A stretch of 64,000 nt of DNA. It comes from an uncultured Verrucomicrobia subdivision 3 bacterium (GTDB taxonomy: Bacteria; Verrucomicrobiota; Verrucomicrobiia; Limisphaerales; UBA11358). The stretch lies in NCBI GenBank assembly GCA_903918885.1, contig CAIXFY010000009.1, forward strand, positions 9,472 to 73,471, written 5' to 3'. The position numbers and the translations under genes were made by a program. Positions 53,103-61,286 of this stretch are shown here, piece after piece. Position 1 is the first letter of the stretch. Each line of letters opens with the position of its first letter. The notes below the pieces were generated by a model that was given only the letters and a program-made list of their open reading frames with translations, searched no databases and was not told the DNA's origin.

Positions 53103-55073
53103 ATGGACTTTTTCGCGCGACAAGACCTCGCCCGGCGCAAGACCAAGTGGTTGGTGCTTTATTTTGTCGTCGCCGTCGCGCTGCTCATCGTCGCCGTTTA
53201 TTTCATCGCGCTGATTGCGTTTGCCGGGATTCAAGCCAAGACCCATCGCGCCTACGACGACGCGCCGGTGCAATTGGTTTTGTGGAATGCGAAAATTTTC
53301 CTCGGTGCGGTCATCGGCGTGCTGACGGTGATTTTTTGCGGCAGCGCCTACAAGACGAATGAGCTTTCCGGCGGCGGCGGTTGCGTGGCCACGCTGATGG
53401 GCGGACGGCTGGTCAGTCAAAACACCACCGACGCCAACGAGCGCAAGCTGCTCAATGTCGTCGAGGAAATGTCCATCGCCTCCGGCGTGCCGATGCCGCA
53501 GGTTTACGTGCTCGAAGACGAACGCGGCATCAACGCCTTCGCCGCCGGCCATTCGCCCAGCGACGCCGCCATCGGCGTGACGCGCGGCTGTGTCGAAATG
53601 CTGTCGCGCGACGAGTTGCAGGGCGTCATCGGCCACGAATTCAGCCATGTTTTGAACGGCGACATGCGGCTCAACCTCCGGCTCATCGGCATCATTTTCG
53701 GACTGCTCTGCATCGCCACGATTGGCCGGATTTTATTCCGTGTTCGCAGCGGTAAAAACAGCGGCGCAGTGGTCATGGGTGGGTTGGGGCTTGTGATTCT
53801 TGGTTCCGTTGGCGTTTTCTTCGGCCGGCTGATTCAAGCCGCCGTCAGTCGCCAGCGCGAATTTCTCGCCGACGCCTCGTCCGTGCAATTCACGCGCAAT
53901 CCCGGTGGACTCTCCGGCGCGTTGCAAAAAATTGGCCGTTACGGTTTTGGTTCAAAGTTGGAATCCGAACACGCGCCTGACCTCTGCCATATGTTTTTCG
54001 GCAATGGCCTCGGCGAGGCGATCTTCGGTGCGCTGGCCACGCATCCGCCCATTCCCGATCGCATCCACGCGATTGACCCGGCGTGGGACGGCAAATTCCC
54101 GCCGTTGAAAGCGGAACAGATTGAAACCGTCAAACGCGCCGCGCTCGACTCGCTCCAGCCGTCGCCGCTGCCGGGAATTTTGCGCAACGTCGGAACCGCC
54201 ATGATCGGCGCGGCGGTGCTGGACGAGGCCGGTCGCCCGCCCGTCATCCAATCCGCTTCCGTCATGCCGAGCCTCGGCAATCCCACGCCGCTGCATTTGC
54301 GCTACGCCGAGCAGTTGCGCGACGCGCTGCCGGAAGCGCTCAAGGCCGCCGTGCGCGATCCGCTGGACGCCACCGCGCTGATTTACGCGCTGCTGCTGGC
54401 CGCCGACGAACAACTGCGTTCGCAACAACTCGCCGAAATCGCGCGTCGCACAACCAATTCCGTTTCGGAAAAAGCTGGCGCGTTGTTTCCCGCCGTGGCC
54501 GCCGTGGCGAAGCGCGCGCGGCTGCCGCTCGTGAACATTGCCAATGGCGCGCTGCGAAATCTGACGAAGGACGAGTTCAAACGCTTTGCTGAAACACTGG
54601 AATGGCTCGTCGGCAGCGACGGTAAAATCGAGTTATTCGAGTTTGTCCTGCAAAAAATCGTGCTGCGCCACCTCGCCGCGAAGTTCGGCGACGCGCGGCC
54701 GGCGGCGATCCAGTTTTACACGCTCAAGCCGCTCGTGCCGGATTGCGCGGTGGTGTTGTCCGCGCTCGCGCACGCGGGCAGCGACAACGCGGCGGAAATT
54801 CAGAAGGCCTTCGCCGCCGGTGCGCCGTGGCTCCGCGCGCCCGCGAACGCGCCGCTGGATTTGCTGCCGCAAGAAGGTTGCGGCATTGATGCGCTGGACG
54901 CCGCGCTGAACCGGCTGGCGCTCGCCGTGCCGATCATCAAGAAGAACCTGTTGGAAGCCGCCGCCCGCGTGGTGGGCGCGGACGGCGTGATTCTGGAAGG
55001 CGAAGCGGAACTGCTGCGCGCTGTGGCCGACACACTGGACTGCCCGATCCCGCCGCTCGGCGTGGCGGTTTGA
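53103..55073 (+). CDS. M48-family (HtpX-like) membrane metallopeptidase with large C-terminal domain
   Basis: HEFSHVLNGD zinc motif, REFLADASSVQFTRNP downstream motif, TM segments, and ~330 additional C-terminal residues. Start taken at the MDFFARQDL ATG (53103). Confidence 0.85.
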   Translation: MDFFARQDLARRKTKWLVLYFVVAVALLIVAVYFIALIAFAGIQAKTHRAYDDAPVQLVLWNAKIFLGAVIGVLTVIFCGSAYKTNELSGGGGCVATLMGGRLVSQNTTDANERKLLNVVEEMSIASGVPMPQVYVLEDERGINAFAAGHSPSDAAIGVTRGCVEMLSRDELQGVIGHEFSHVLNGDMRLNLRLIGIIFGLLCIATIGRILFRVRSGKNSGAVVMGGLGLVILGSVGVFFGRLIQAAVSRQREFLADASSVQFTRNPGGLSGALQKIGRYGFGSKLESEHAPDLCHMFFGNGLGEAIFGALATHPPIPDRIHAIDPAWDGKFPPLKAEQIETVKRAALDSLQPSPLPGILRNVGTAMIGAAVLDEAGRPPVIQSASVMPSLGNPTPLHLRYAEQLRDALPEALKAAVRDPLDATALIYALLLAADEQLRSQQLAEIARRTTNSVSEKAGALFPAVAAVAKRARLPLVNIANGALRNLTKDEFKRFAETLEWLVGSDGKIELFEFVLQKIVLRHLAAKFGDARPAAIQFYTLKPLVPDCAVVLSALAHAGSDNAAEIQKAFAAGAPWLRAPANAPLDLLPQEGCGIDALDAALNRLALAVPIIKKNLLEAAARVVGADGVILEGEAELLRAVADTLDCPIPPLGVAV

Positions 55074-55087
55074 GCGGAAAAGTTTTT

Positions 55088-55167
55088 TAACCGCGAAATA
55101 CGCGAACCACGCGAACGGGAAAATTGAATTGTAACCGTTCGCGTATTTCGTTTGGTTCGCGGTTAAA
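55088..55167. repeat. Long imperfect palindrome downstream of the M48 gene
   Basis: TTAACCGCGAA...ACGCGAACGG (55088-55118) versus CCGTTCGCGTATTTCG...TTCGCGGTTAA (55135-55167). Confidence 0.7.
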
Positions 55168-55239
55168 ATCTCGTCGGGATTCCCACTCCTCGAAATGTCA
55201 CGGCGGGGACGGTGGTGCTGCGCAAAAGAATACTCTTAA

Positions 55240-55530
55240 TCCGCCGCTCCGCCGTTAGGCTGAAAAAAGCCTCGTTTTGCCCTGATGGGGACAAATCACC
55301 ACTGACCGGACGCTCGTTTTACTCCGGTTTGGACAAATCACCACCGGACGGCGCTCGTTTCAGACTGATGGGGACAAATTACCGCCGCGCGAGGCTTGGC
55401 TTGACCTGATGGGGACAAATCAGGGCGGCACGACGCTTGGCTTGGGCAGATTGGGCCAAATCAGCATGGCGCGACGTTCGTTTGCCGCTGATTTGTGTCA
55501 ATCTGTGTGAAACAACCGTCGTTTCGACCT
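55240..55530. repeat. Degenerate tandem repeat array, ~41-bp period, 6-7 units, non-coding
   Basis: G(G/C)(A/C)CAAAT(C/T)A cores start at 55290, 55332, 55373, 55414, 55454 and ~55496. CG(C/T)TCGTTT / GCTTGGCTT sub-motifs recur at the same phase. Confidence 0.8.
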
Positions 55531-55654
55531 GAAAAGTGCGGATTTGGGAAAAAATGGCGAAATATTCGAGAATTTAGTGCAATTCATTGCTCAACGACGA
55601 TTGGGACGGAGCTGAAACAACCCGTAAAGAGTTGAATCCATCCGGTGGCGCGGT

Positions 55655-55775
55655 GATGCAACCCCGTTGGGGTTGTGATTTTGTTTGGACGATGACCCAG
55701 GGTAGCGCAGTCCTCACCCGTCCGGCTCGAACCGCGCAACCCTGGGCTGAAAGATGGAATCCCGTTGGGATTCAT
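55655..55775. repeat. Structured ~120-nt element (two NNNCCC-GTT-GGGNNN hairpins flanking a long stem)
   Basis: CAACCCC-GTT-GGGGTTG (55658-55677), CCCAGGGT...ACCCTGGG (55696-55746) and GAATCCC-GTT-GGGATTC (55756-55773). Confidence 0.6.
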
Positions 55776-55843
55776 GGCAAACGGCGGTGACGGAGGTGAA
55801 GGCACGACACGGGACGGATTGAAAGCCAGCCTACTGCGGAGAA

Positions 55844-56341
55844 TCAATGACTGATGTTTCCAGTGATATGCGAGTGAGTCGATAAAAGTGCAAATGCTCC
55901 TATGCTACAGCCGACGATAAAACAAATAAAAGACATCCACGGAAGTCGACGAACCCATTTCTCACCATCAACTTTTTTGTTGTCGGCTTCGATAATTTCC
56001 TCCCAAGACTTTTTGTCAGTGAAGAATTCATTTGTAAGCAACTTCCACTGATCAAAAAGACCTCTCAAGTGGTAGAATTCTCTTGCTCTGGCGAAGCCGA
56101 CCAATATGACTCCCAACACAAAAAATCCGAGAGCCAATTTTGCTTCACAGCTAATTCTATCTACTCCGACCGTTCCGATGAATGCCAGAGTTGTGGCTGC
56201 GCCTCCAGAATTTGTAAGGAAGAGATATTGGAAAGCCGCTTTTCCAGAATCTTGTTGCAATTCTAAAAGCTGTTTCCAGCGGGTATCGGTATAATCAATC
56301 CGTAATTTTTTTAGAGGTTCTTGTGTTTCTGAAAATTTCAT
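55844..56341 (-). CDS. Hypothetical membrane protein (low-GC gene)
   Basis: 165 aa with three hydrophobic segments (GGAATTLAFIGTV; LALGFFVLGVILVGFA; MSFICFIVGCSIGAFALL). AT-rich composition. Confidence 0.5.
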   Translation of the reverse strand: MKFSETQEPLKKLRIDYTDTRWKQLLELQQDSGKAAFQYLFLTNSGGAATTLAFIGTVGVDRISCEAKLALGFFVLGVILVGFARAREFYHLRGLFDQWKLLTNEFFTDKKSWEEIIEADNKKVDGEKWVRRLPWMSFICFIVGCSIGAFALLSTHSHITGNISH

Positions 56342-56383
56342 GCGGAGTTATGATTTTAGGACGCGCTGATCAAATAATTGAAC

Positions 56384-56866
56384 TTAGTTTGCATACCTAA
56401 TGACTGCGGCTTTTGTAATCTTGTTATTGATCGGATCGCTTGAAGAACCGTAATCCTGATAGGTTGTGTTTCCGTGATAGTAAGCTGTATTGCCGATTAC
56501 GGATGCGCTTCCGGTCGTCGTGGCCGTGCCAATGCTTCCAGAATTGTAGAAGCCAACCAGCTCGCTATGTGCGTCAAGGATGATTATTCCATCGCCTCCA
56601 GCTTCTTTTGCTTTCTTTACCAATGCGTTTTCGTAACCAGCCATGCCAAGTGGGGTTTGACGACGTGAATCATCAATGATTCCAATAACCTTGTATTTCC
56701 GAGGAGGTGAACCATTGTTCCAAATGTCTATGCCATTGATTGTCTTTTTTGTCCCACCCGTCCCTTCAACCACGCCGCCGCCTTCATATGCGGAATAGTT
56801 TGTAGAGGCGCAGCCCGCAAAAAAAACTGAAAAGATGACCAGCAGAATGTGAATTACATTTTTCAT
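56384..56866 (-). CDS. Hypothetical lipoprotein (low-GC gene)
   Basis: Signal peptide with lipobox (LLVIFSVFFAGC). Mature part has no confidently recognised domain. Confidence 0.65.
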   Translation of the reverse strand: MKNVIHILLVIFSVFFAGCASTNYSAYEGGGVVEGTGGTKKTINGIDIWNNGSPPRKYKVIGIIDDSRRQTPLGMAGYENALVKKAKEAGGDGIIILDAHSELVGFYNSGSIGTATTTGSASVIGNTAYYHGNTTYQDYGSSSDPINNKITKAAVIRYAN

Positions 56867-56909
56867 AAGTCAAAAAACTATTTTGCTAGTTCTTTTTGTC
56901 CAGAACGTT

Positions 56910-57040
56910 TTACCGCATCACCGCCAGCGCCTTCTCAATCCTTGCCAGCACGCGTTCTTTGCCGAGGGCTTGGAGTAGGTGGTAGAGGCTCGGGCCGGAG
57001 GTTTTGCCGGTCACGACCAGCCGGCATCGGTTTGAACTGC
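56910..57040 (-). pseudogene. Displaced/duplicated 3' end of a gltX gene
   Basis: The minus strand encodes ..CRLVVTGKTSGPSLYHLLQALGKERVLARIEKALAVMR*, compared with the intact GltX C-terminus ..CRLAVTGKTSGPSLYHLLEVLGKERVMARIEKALATIG*. About 80-85% nt identity includes a 33-nt perfect block. The frame is broken upstream. Confidence 0.75.
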
Positions 57041-57155
57041 TTTTCAATTTCATCGCCCAAGACCGAAAGCGCCGGGCGCGGGCGCGGATCGTTGATAATG
57101 CGTTGCCATTTCAAATCGCCATCCGTTTCGGGAAGTTGCATGGCGGAGGACATTT

Positions 57156-57425
57156 TCAAGCCAAAGCTTTTGCGCGGCGCAAACCCGGCGCTTCAGGCAG
57201 GCCTTGAATCAATCCCTCGACGCTCAAATGGTAGTCCAAGTCCGGCCATTCGATGCCGTAGCCCGCGCCGATGGGCTGGCAGTTGTTCCGCTCGGCGTCG
57301 GTCGCGTGCAGCAGCGTGGGATAATACGCCAGCGGCACGGTCAGCACGCGGCCATCCATCAGCTCGACGGTCAGCGTGTCGGCGGAGGTTTCGATGCGTT
57401 TGATTTTAAGGTCTGAAAAACTCAT
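57156..57425 (-). CDS. DUF2442-family protein (putative antitoxin-like partner)
   Basis: ..LTVELMDGRVLTVPLAYYPTLLHATDAERNNCQPIGAGYGIEWPDLDYHLSVEGL matches the DUF2442 pattern as I recall it. Overlaps the upstream gene by 20 nt. Confidence 0.7.
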   Translation of the reverse strand: MSFSDLKIKRIETSADTLTVELMDGRVLTVPLAYYPTLLHATDAERNNCQPIGAGYGIEWPDLDYHLSVEGLIQGLPEAPGLRRAKALA

Positions 57426-57642
57426 TCCATTTCTCCAGTATCAGGGTTTCGTGTTCTTCAATGATTCCGGCAATCTCCCGTAAATCATGCGGTCTGAATC
57501 CGTGATTGACCGCGAGTCGCGCGGGCGACATCCAAAATTTGGCATCAAACCCGCCTTTTGCAACGTGAATGTGCGGCGGCTCACTGCCTTCTTCGGCATA
57601 GAAATAAAACTGGTAGCCGTTAATTCTTAAAATCGTGGGCAT
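57406..57642 (-). CDS. DUF4160-family protein (putative toxin-like partner)
   Basis: MPTILRINGYQFYFYAEEGSEPPHIHVAKGG..AKFW is the typical DUF4160 N-terminus. Usually paired with DUF2442. Confidence 0.75.
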   Translation of the reverse strand: MPTILRINGYQFYFYAEEGSEPPHIHVAKGGFDAKFWMSPARLAVNHGFRPHDLREIAGIIEEHETLILEKWNEFFRP

Positions 57643-57660
57643 GACGGATTGTTGGCAATT

Positions 57661-59010
57661 TCATCCAATGGTGGCAAGCGCCTTCTCAATCCGCGCCATG
57701 ACGCGTTCTTTGCCAAGCACTTCCAGCAGGTGATAGAGGCTCGGGCCGGAGGTTTTGCCGGTCACGGCCAAACGGCAGGGATGCACGAGCACACCGGCTT
57801 TCACACCCAGCATCTTGGCGGTTTCCTTGAGCGTGGCTTCCAGCGTCTCGGCGTTGAAAGCCGGGGCGTGCGCAAAAGCGTCTCGGAGCTTTTCCAAGCG
57901 CGGCTTGGCTTCCGGCACGAAATCTTTCTTCGCCGCTTCAGCGTCGTAAACTATCTCGTCGGTGAAATAAAAGCCGGCGTAGGCGGGCAGTTCGGCAAAG
58001 GTTTTGATCTTGCCGCGACAGGTGTCGAGCGCGGCTTTGACGTAGTGAACGTCCAGCTTGTTCGTATCAATGCCGGCTTTGGCGAACGCGTGCACGCCGA
58101 GTTCGTAGAAACGGTCGCCAGCGAGTTCGCGGCAGTATTCGCCCTGCAACCACGTGAGCTTTTCGTAATCGAACTTGGCGTTGTGCCGGAGAATCTGCGG
58201 CAGGTCAAAGCGTTCGACGACATCGGCGAGCGGCATTTTTTCCAGATTGTCCTTGGGCGACCAGCCGAGGAGGCAGAGATAATTGTTCACGGCTTCGGCC
58301 AGAAAACCGTCGTCGAGATAGCTGGTGAGGGATGCGCCTTTGTCGCGCTTGCTCATCTTGGAACCGTCGGCATTCAGGATGAGTGGAATGTGCGCATACT
58401 TGGGCGGCTCCACGCCGAACGCGCGGAAGAGCGCGATGTGCTTGGCGGTGTTGCTCAAATGATCTTCGCCGCGAATGACGTGCGTGATGCCCATTTCCAA
58501 ATCGTCCACGACGTTCACGAAATGAAACACCGGCTGGCCGTCGCTGCGGACAAGCACCCAATCGGGATCAGCCTCCTCGCGGTCGGTGAGCGGACGGAGA
58601 ACATCGCCGACAACGAGGTCAGGAATGAGTATCGGCTCGCGCGTCATCCGGAATTTAATCGTGCCGTCGGCGTGTTTGTAGGCGAGGTTGCGCGACATGA
58701 GCGCTTCGATGCGGCGCAGATAATTTTCTTTGCGCTGGGATTGGAAATACGGGCCGCGATCGCCTTTGCTCGTGCCGGTGGCGTCGCCGGTGAGCGGACC
58801 TTCGTCCCAATCCAGCCCGAGCCAGCGCAGGCCGTTGAGGATGACGTCCACGGCTTCCTGCGAATTGCGCGCAGCGTCGGTGTCTTCGATGCGGAGCACG
58901 AACGTGCCGCCGGTGTGGCGAGCGTAAAGCCAGTTGAACAAAGCGGTGCGCGCACCACCAATGTGCAGATAGCCGGTGGGTGAAGGAGCAAAGCGGACGC
59001 GTGGTTTCAT
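57661..59010 (-). CDS. gltX: Glutamate--tRNA ligase
   Basis: RFAPSPTGYLHIGGARTALFNW (HIGH) and KMSKR motifs; 449 aa. Confidence 0.95.
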   Translation of the reverse strand: MKPRVRFAPSPTGYLHIGGARTALFNWLYARHTGGTFVLRIEDTDAARNSQEAVDVILNGLRWLGLDWDEGPLTGDATGTSKGDRGPYFQSQRKENYLRRIEALMSRNLAYKHADGTIKFRMTREPILIPDLVVGDVLRPLTDREEADPDWVLVRSDGQPVFHFVNVVDDLEMGITHVIRGEDHLSNTAKHIALFRAFGVEPPKYAHIPLILNADGSKMSKRDKGASLTSYLDDGFLAEAVNNYLCLLGWSPKDNLEKMPLADVVERFDLPQILRHNAKFDYEKLTWLQGEYCRELAGDRFYELGVHAFAKAGIDTNKLDVHYVKAALDTCRGKIKTFAELPAYAGFYFTDEIVYDAEAAKKDFVPEAKPRLEKLRDAFAHAPAFNAETLEATLKETAKMLGVKAGVLVHPCRLAVTGKTSGPSLYHLLEVLGKERVMARIEKALATIG

Positions 59011-59109
59011 AAATTATTGCCCGCAGATTACGCGGATTGGCGCGGATAAAAAATAAAAATCACCGCGTTGTCACTTTGGGTTTCCGGTCGGCGCGGTTAT
59101 GCTGGCGGC

Positions 59110-59754
59110 ATGAAATGGATTTTCGCAGCGATTTTATATTTCGCGTTGGCGTCCGCTGGTGCGGCGGCGGAGAAGGTTTTATTCGCGGAAAATTTTTCGC
59201 GCGGCATTTCCAAGGATTGGGAGAACGTGGCGTTTTTCAAAACGCCGACGCCTTACGCGGTGGTGCGTGAGGGAACGAACTGCTTCGTTCGCGGCGTGGC
59301 GGACAATTCCTGCTCCGGTCTGACGACAAAGCTGGACGTCGCGCCGCCGGAAAAATTGAAGTTGCACTGGCGCTGGCGGATTACGGGCGTGAACACCAAT
59401 GGCTCGGAGCGCGACCTGAAAAAATTTGACCACGCGGCGCGCGTGTTCGTGGCGTTTGACACGTTCATCGGGCCGCCGCGTTCGCTGAATTATATGTGGG
59501 CCAACGTCGAGCCGGTGGGCGCGGTGCTGGAACATCCGAAGTCGAGCCGCGCGCAGATATTTGTTTTGGAGTCCGGGAACACGAAGGCGGGCGAATGGAT
59601 TTCCGAAGAGCGTGATGTGGCGGCGGACTGGAAAAGAGTTTTTCCCGACCGGCTGATGCCGAAAATCGTCGGGCTTGGTGTGATGACGGACAGCGACAGT
59701 CTGGGGCAGGCACTGACGGGCGATTACGCGGACATTGAATTGATTGGGGAATAA
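59110..59754 (+). CDS. DUF3047-family exported protein
   Basis: Signal peptide MKWIFAAILYFALASAGAAA, then ..LHWRWRITGV...DHAARVFVAFD.. as in DUF3047 (recollection, not searched). Confidence 0.6.
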   Translation: MKWIFAAILYFALASAGAAAEKVLFAENFSRGISKDWENVAFFKTPTPYAVVREGTNCFVRGVADNSCSGLTTKLDVAPPEKLKLHWRWRITGVNTNGSERDLKKFDHAARVFVAFDTFIGPPRSLNYMWANVEPVGAVLEHPKSSRAQIFVLESGNTKAGEWISEERDVAADWKRVFPDRLMPKIVGLGVMTDSDSLGQALTGDYADIELIGE

Positions 59755-59786
59755 AAAAAGCGCCCCGTTGCCGGAGCGCTTCTTTG
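59753..59786. terminator. Bidirectional terminator-like hairpin between convergent genes
   Basis: AAAAAAA-GCGCCCC-gttgcc-GGAGCGC-TTCTTT. Short GC stem with A-run and T-run flanks. Confidence 0.5.
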
Positions 59787-59800
59787 AAAGTAATAAAAAA

Positions 59801-60088
59801 TTACTTGGTGCCGAGGATCGCGTCCTTCGCGGCTTTGGCCACGCGGAATTTCACGACGCGCTTGGCTTTGATCTGGATGGCTTCCCCGGTCTTGGGGTTG
59901 CGGCCCATGCGCGCGGCGCGGTTCTTCAAGACGAGCTTGCCGATGCCGGGCAGGGTGAAAGTGTCCTTCGCGTGCTTGTAAGCGAGCGCGGCGATGCAGT
60001 CGAGGATTTCGACGGCTTGTTTCTTGGAGAGACCGTTCTTCTCGGCGACGAGCGAGGCGATCTGAGCTTTGGAGAGGGCTTTGGCCAT
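59801..60088 (-). CDS. hup: HU-family DNA-binding protein
   Basis: 95 aa; ..LPGIGKLVLKNRAARMGRNPKTGEAIQIKAKRVVKFR.. has the typical HU/IHF arm. Confidence 0.92.
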   Translation of the reverse strand: MAKALSKAQIASLVAEKNGLSKKQAVEILDCIAALAYKHAKDTFTLPGIGKLVLKNRAARMGRNPKTGEAIQIKAKRVVKFRVAKAAKDAILGTK

Positions 60089-60263
60089 ATATGTTCTCTT
60101 TTGTTGTTGGTTGTTGTTGTTTGTTTAGTCCGAAAAAATCACGAACTTAAGACGAATTAAAAGCCTTCGCGCGAATCGTGCAAGCGAAAAAGTAAAAAAA
60201 ATCAAAGTTTTTTCAGAGGTCGTGCGCTGCGGGGCTTGACAACGCAAGACAATTTCCGACCAT

Positions 60264-61277
60264 TTGCGCGTGCCGCTGTTCACCATCCAGAACGAATTTC
60301 GCTACGAAATCACCCGGAAAATCTTCGAGGGCGGCATGGGCATCGTGTATGAGGCAGACCAGCACGGCGCCCGCAATTTCGTCAAGCGCGTCGCCATCAA
60401 GATCATCCGGCCAAACTTCGCGAGCCAGAAAATGTTCATCGAAAATTTCGTCGGCGAGGCCAAGCTCGTCGCCAACTTGATTCATACGAACATCGTCCAG
60501 ACCTACCACCTCGGCGAGGCGAACGGCGTCTGTTTCATTGCCATGGAACTGATTCGCGGCGTAAATATCGAGCAGTTCACCCACCAGCTCGCCGAGAAAA
60601 AACGCACGCTGCCCAAGGAACTTGCGGTGTTTATCACCAGCCGCGTCGCCCGCGGGCTGGCTTACGCGCACAACAAGCCGGACAAGGACGGCAAGCCGAT
60701 GGGCATCGTCCACCGTGACGTGAGCTTTAAAAACATCATGATCGCGTTTGAGGGCGACGTGAAGCTCACCGACTTCGGTATTGCCAAGGCGAAAGGCTTT
60801 TTGACCGATCAGGAAGGCGAAGTCGTTGCCGGCAAGCCGGATTACATGAGTCCTGAGCAGGCGGATTTTCAGGTGACGGACAAGCGTTCGGATATTTTTT
60901 CCGCCGGCGTCGTGTTGTCCAACCTGCTGCTGGGCCGGAATATTTTCAAAGGCGCCAGCGCGGAGGAATCCCGCCAGCGTATCATCAACCAACCCGTTCC
61001 CGATTTTCGCGCGCTCGACTCGCGCATCGACGACAAGCTGAACGACCTTCTGCACCACTGCCTTTCGCGCGATTTGCACCGGCGCTATGCCACGGCTGAC
61101 CAGTTGTTGACCGAGCTGGAATCCTACATTTACAGCGTGGGCTACGGGCCGACCAACGAGACGCTCGGCAAATACATCCGCGAACTTTTCGGGCAGGAAC
61201 CTGCCAAGCCGTTGCCGCCAGAATTGCACGGCCAGACCATCGTCCTCGACGAAACCACGCGGCAAAACCCGCGCTAA
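60264..61277 (+). CDS. Ser/Thr protein kinase (catalytic domain only)
   Basis: Gly loop GGMGIVYEA, VAIKII Lys, HRDVSFKNIMI catalytic loop, DFGIAK, SPEQ. Start TTG 60264 or GTG 60270. Confidence 0.88.
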   Translation: MRVPLFTIQNEFRYEITRKIFEGGMGIVYEADQHGARNFVKRVAIKIIRPNFASQKMFIENFVGEAKLVANLIHTNIVQTYHLGEANGVCFIAMELIRGVNIEQFTHQLAEKKRTLPKELAVFITSRVARGLAYAHNKPDKDGKPMGIVHRDVSFKNIMIAFEGDVKLTDFGIAKAKGFLTDQEGEVVAGKPDYMSPEQADFQVTDKRSDIFSAGVVLSNLLLGRNIFKGASAEESRQRIINQPVPDFRALDSRIDDKLNDLLHHCLSRDLHRRYATADQLLTELESYIYSVGYGPTNETLGKYIRELFGQEPAKPLPPELHGQTIVLDETTRQNPR

Positions 61278-61286
61278 GCTGATTGC

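Noticed and set aside
55240-55530. Possible CRISPR array.
   Set aside because: The period is only about 41 bp. The repeats are degenerate rather than near-identical. There is no distinct repeat/spacer alternation of 28-37 plus 30-40 nt, and no cas genes are in the window.
55212-55847. ORFs 55212..55409 (+), 55587..55790 (+) and 55584..55847 (-) in the repeat-rich gap.
   Set aside because: They run through the tandem array and the palindromic element. The 41-bp period is out of phase with codons, and the translations look like repeat read-through (for example DGDKSPLTGRSF/GLDKSPPDGARF) rather than proteins.
56849-57403. 184-aa plus-strand ORF spanning the lipoprotein gene end, the gltX remnant and the DUF2442 gene.
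   Set aside because: It is antisense to the recognisable GltX C-terminal remnant and to the DUF2442 gene. The product is Arg/Ser/Pro-rich low complexity.
60235-60263. Sigma-70-like promoter (TTGACA-17 nt-ACCATT) directly abutting the kinase start codon, implying a leaderless mRNA.
   Set aside because: The -10 hexamer is weak and promoter consensus for this lineage is unknown. There is too little evidence to annotate it.
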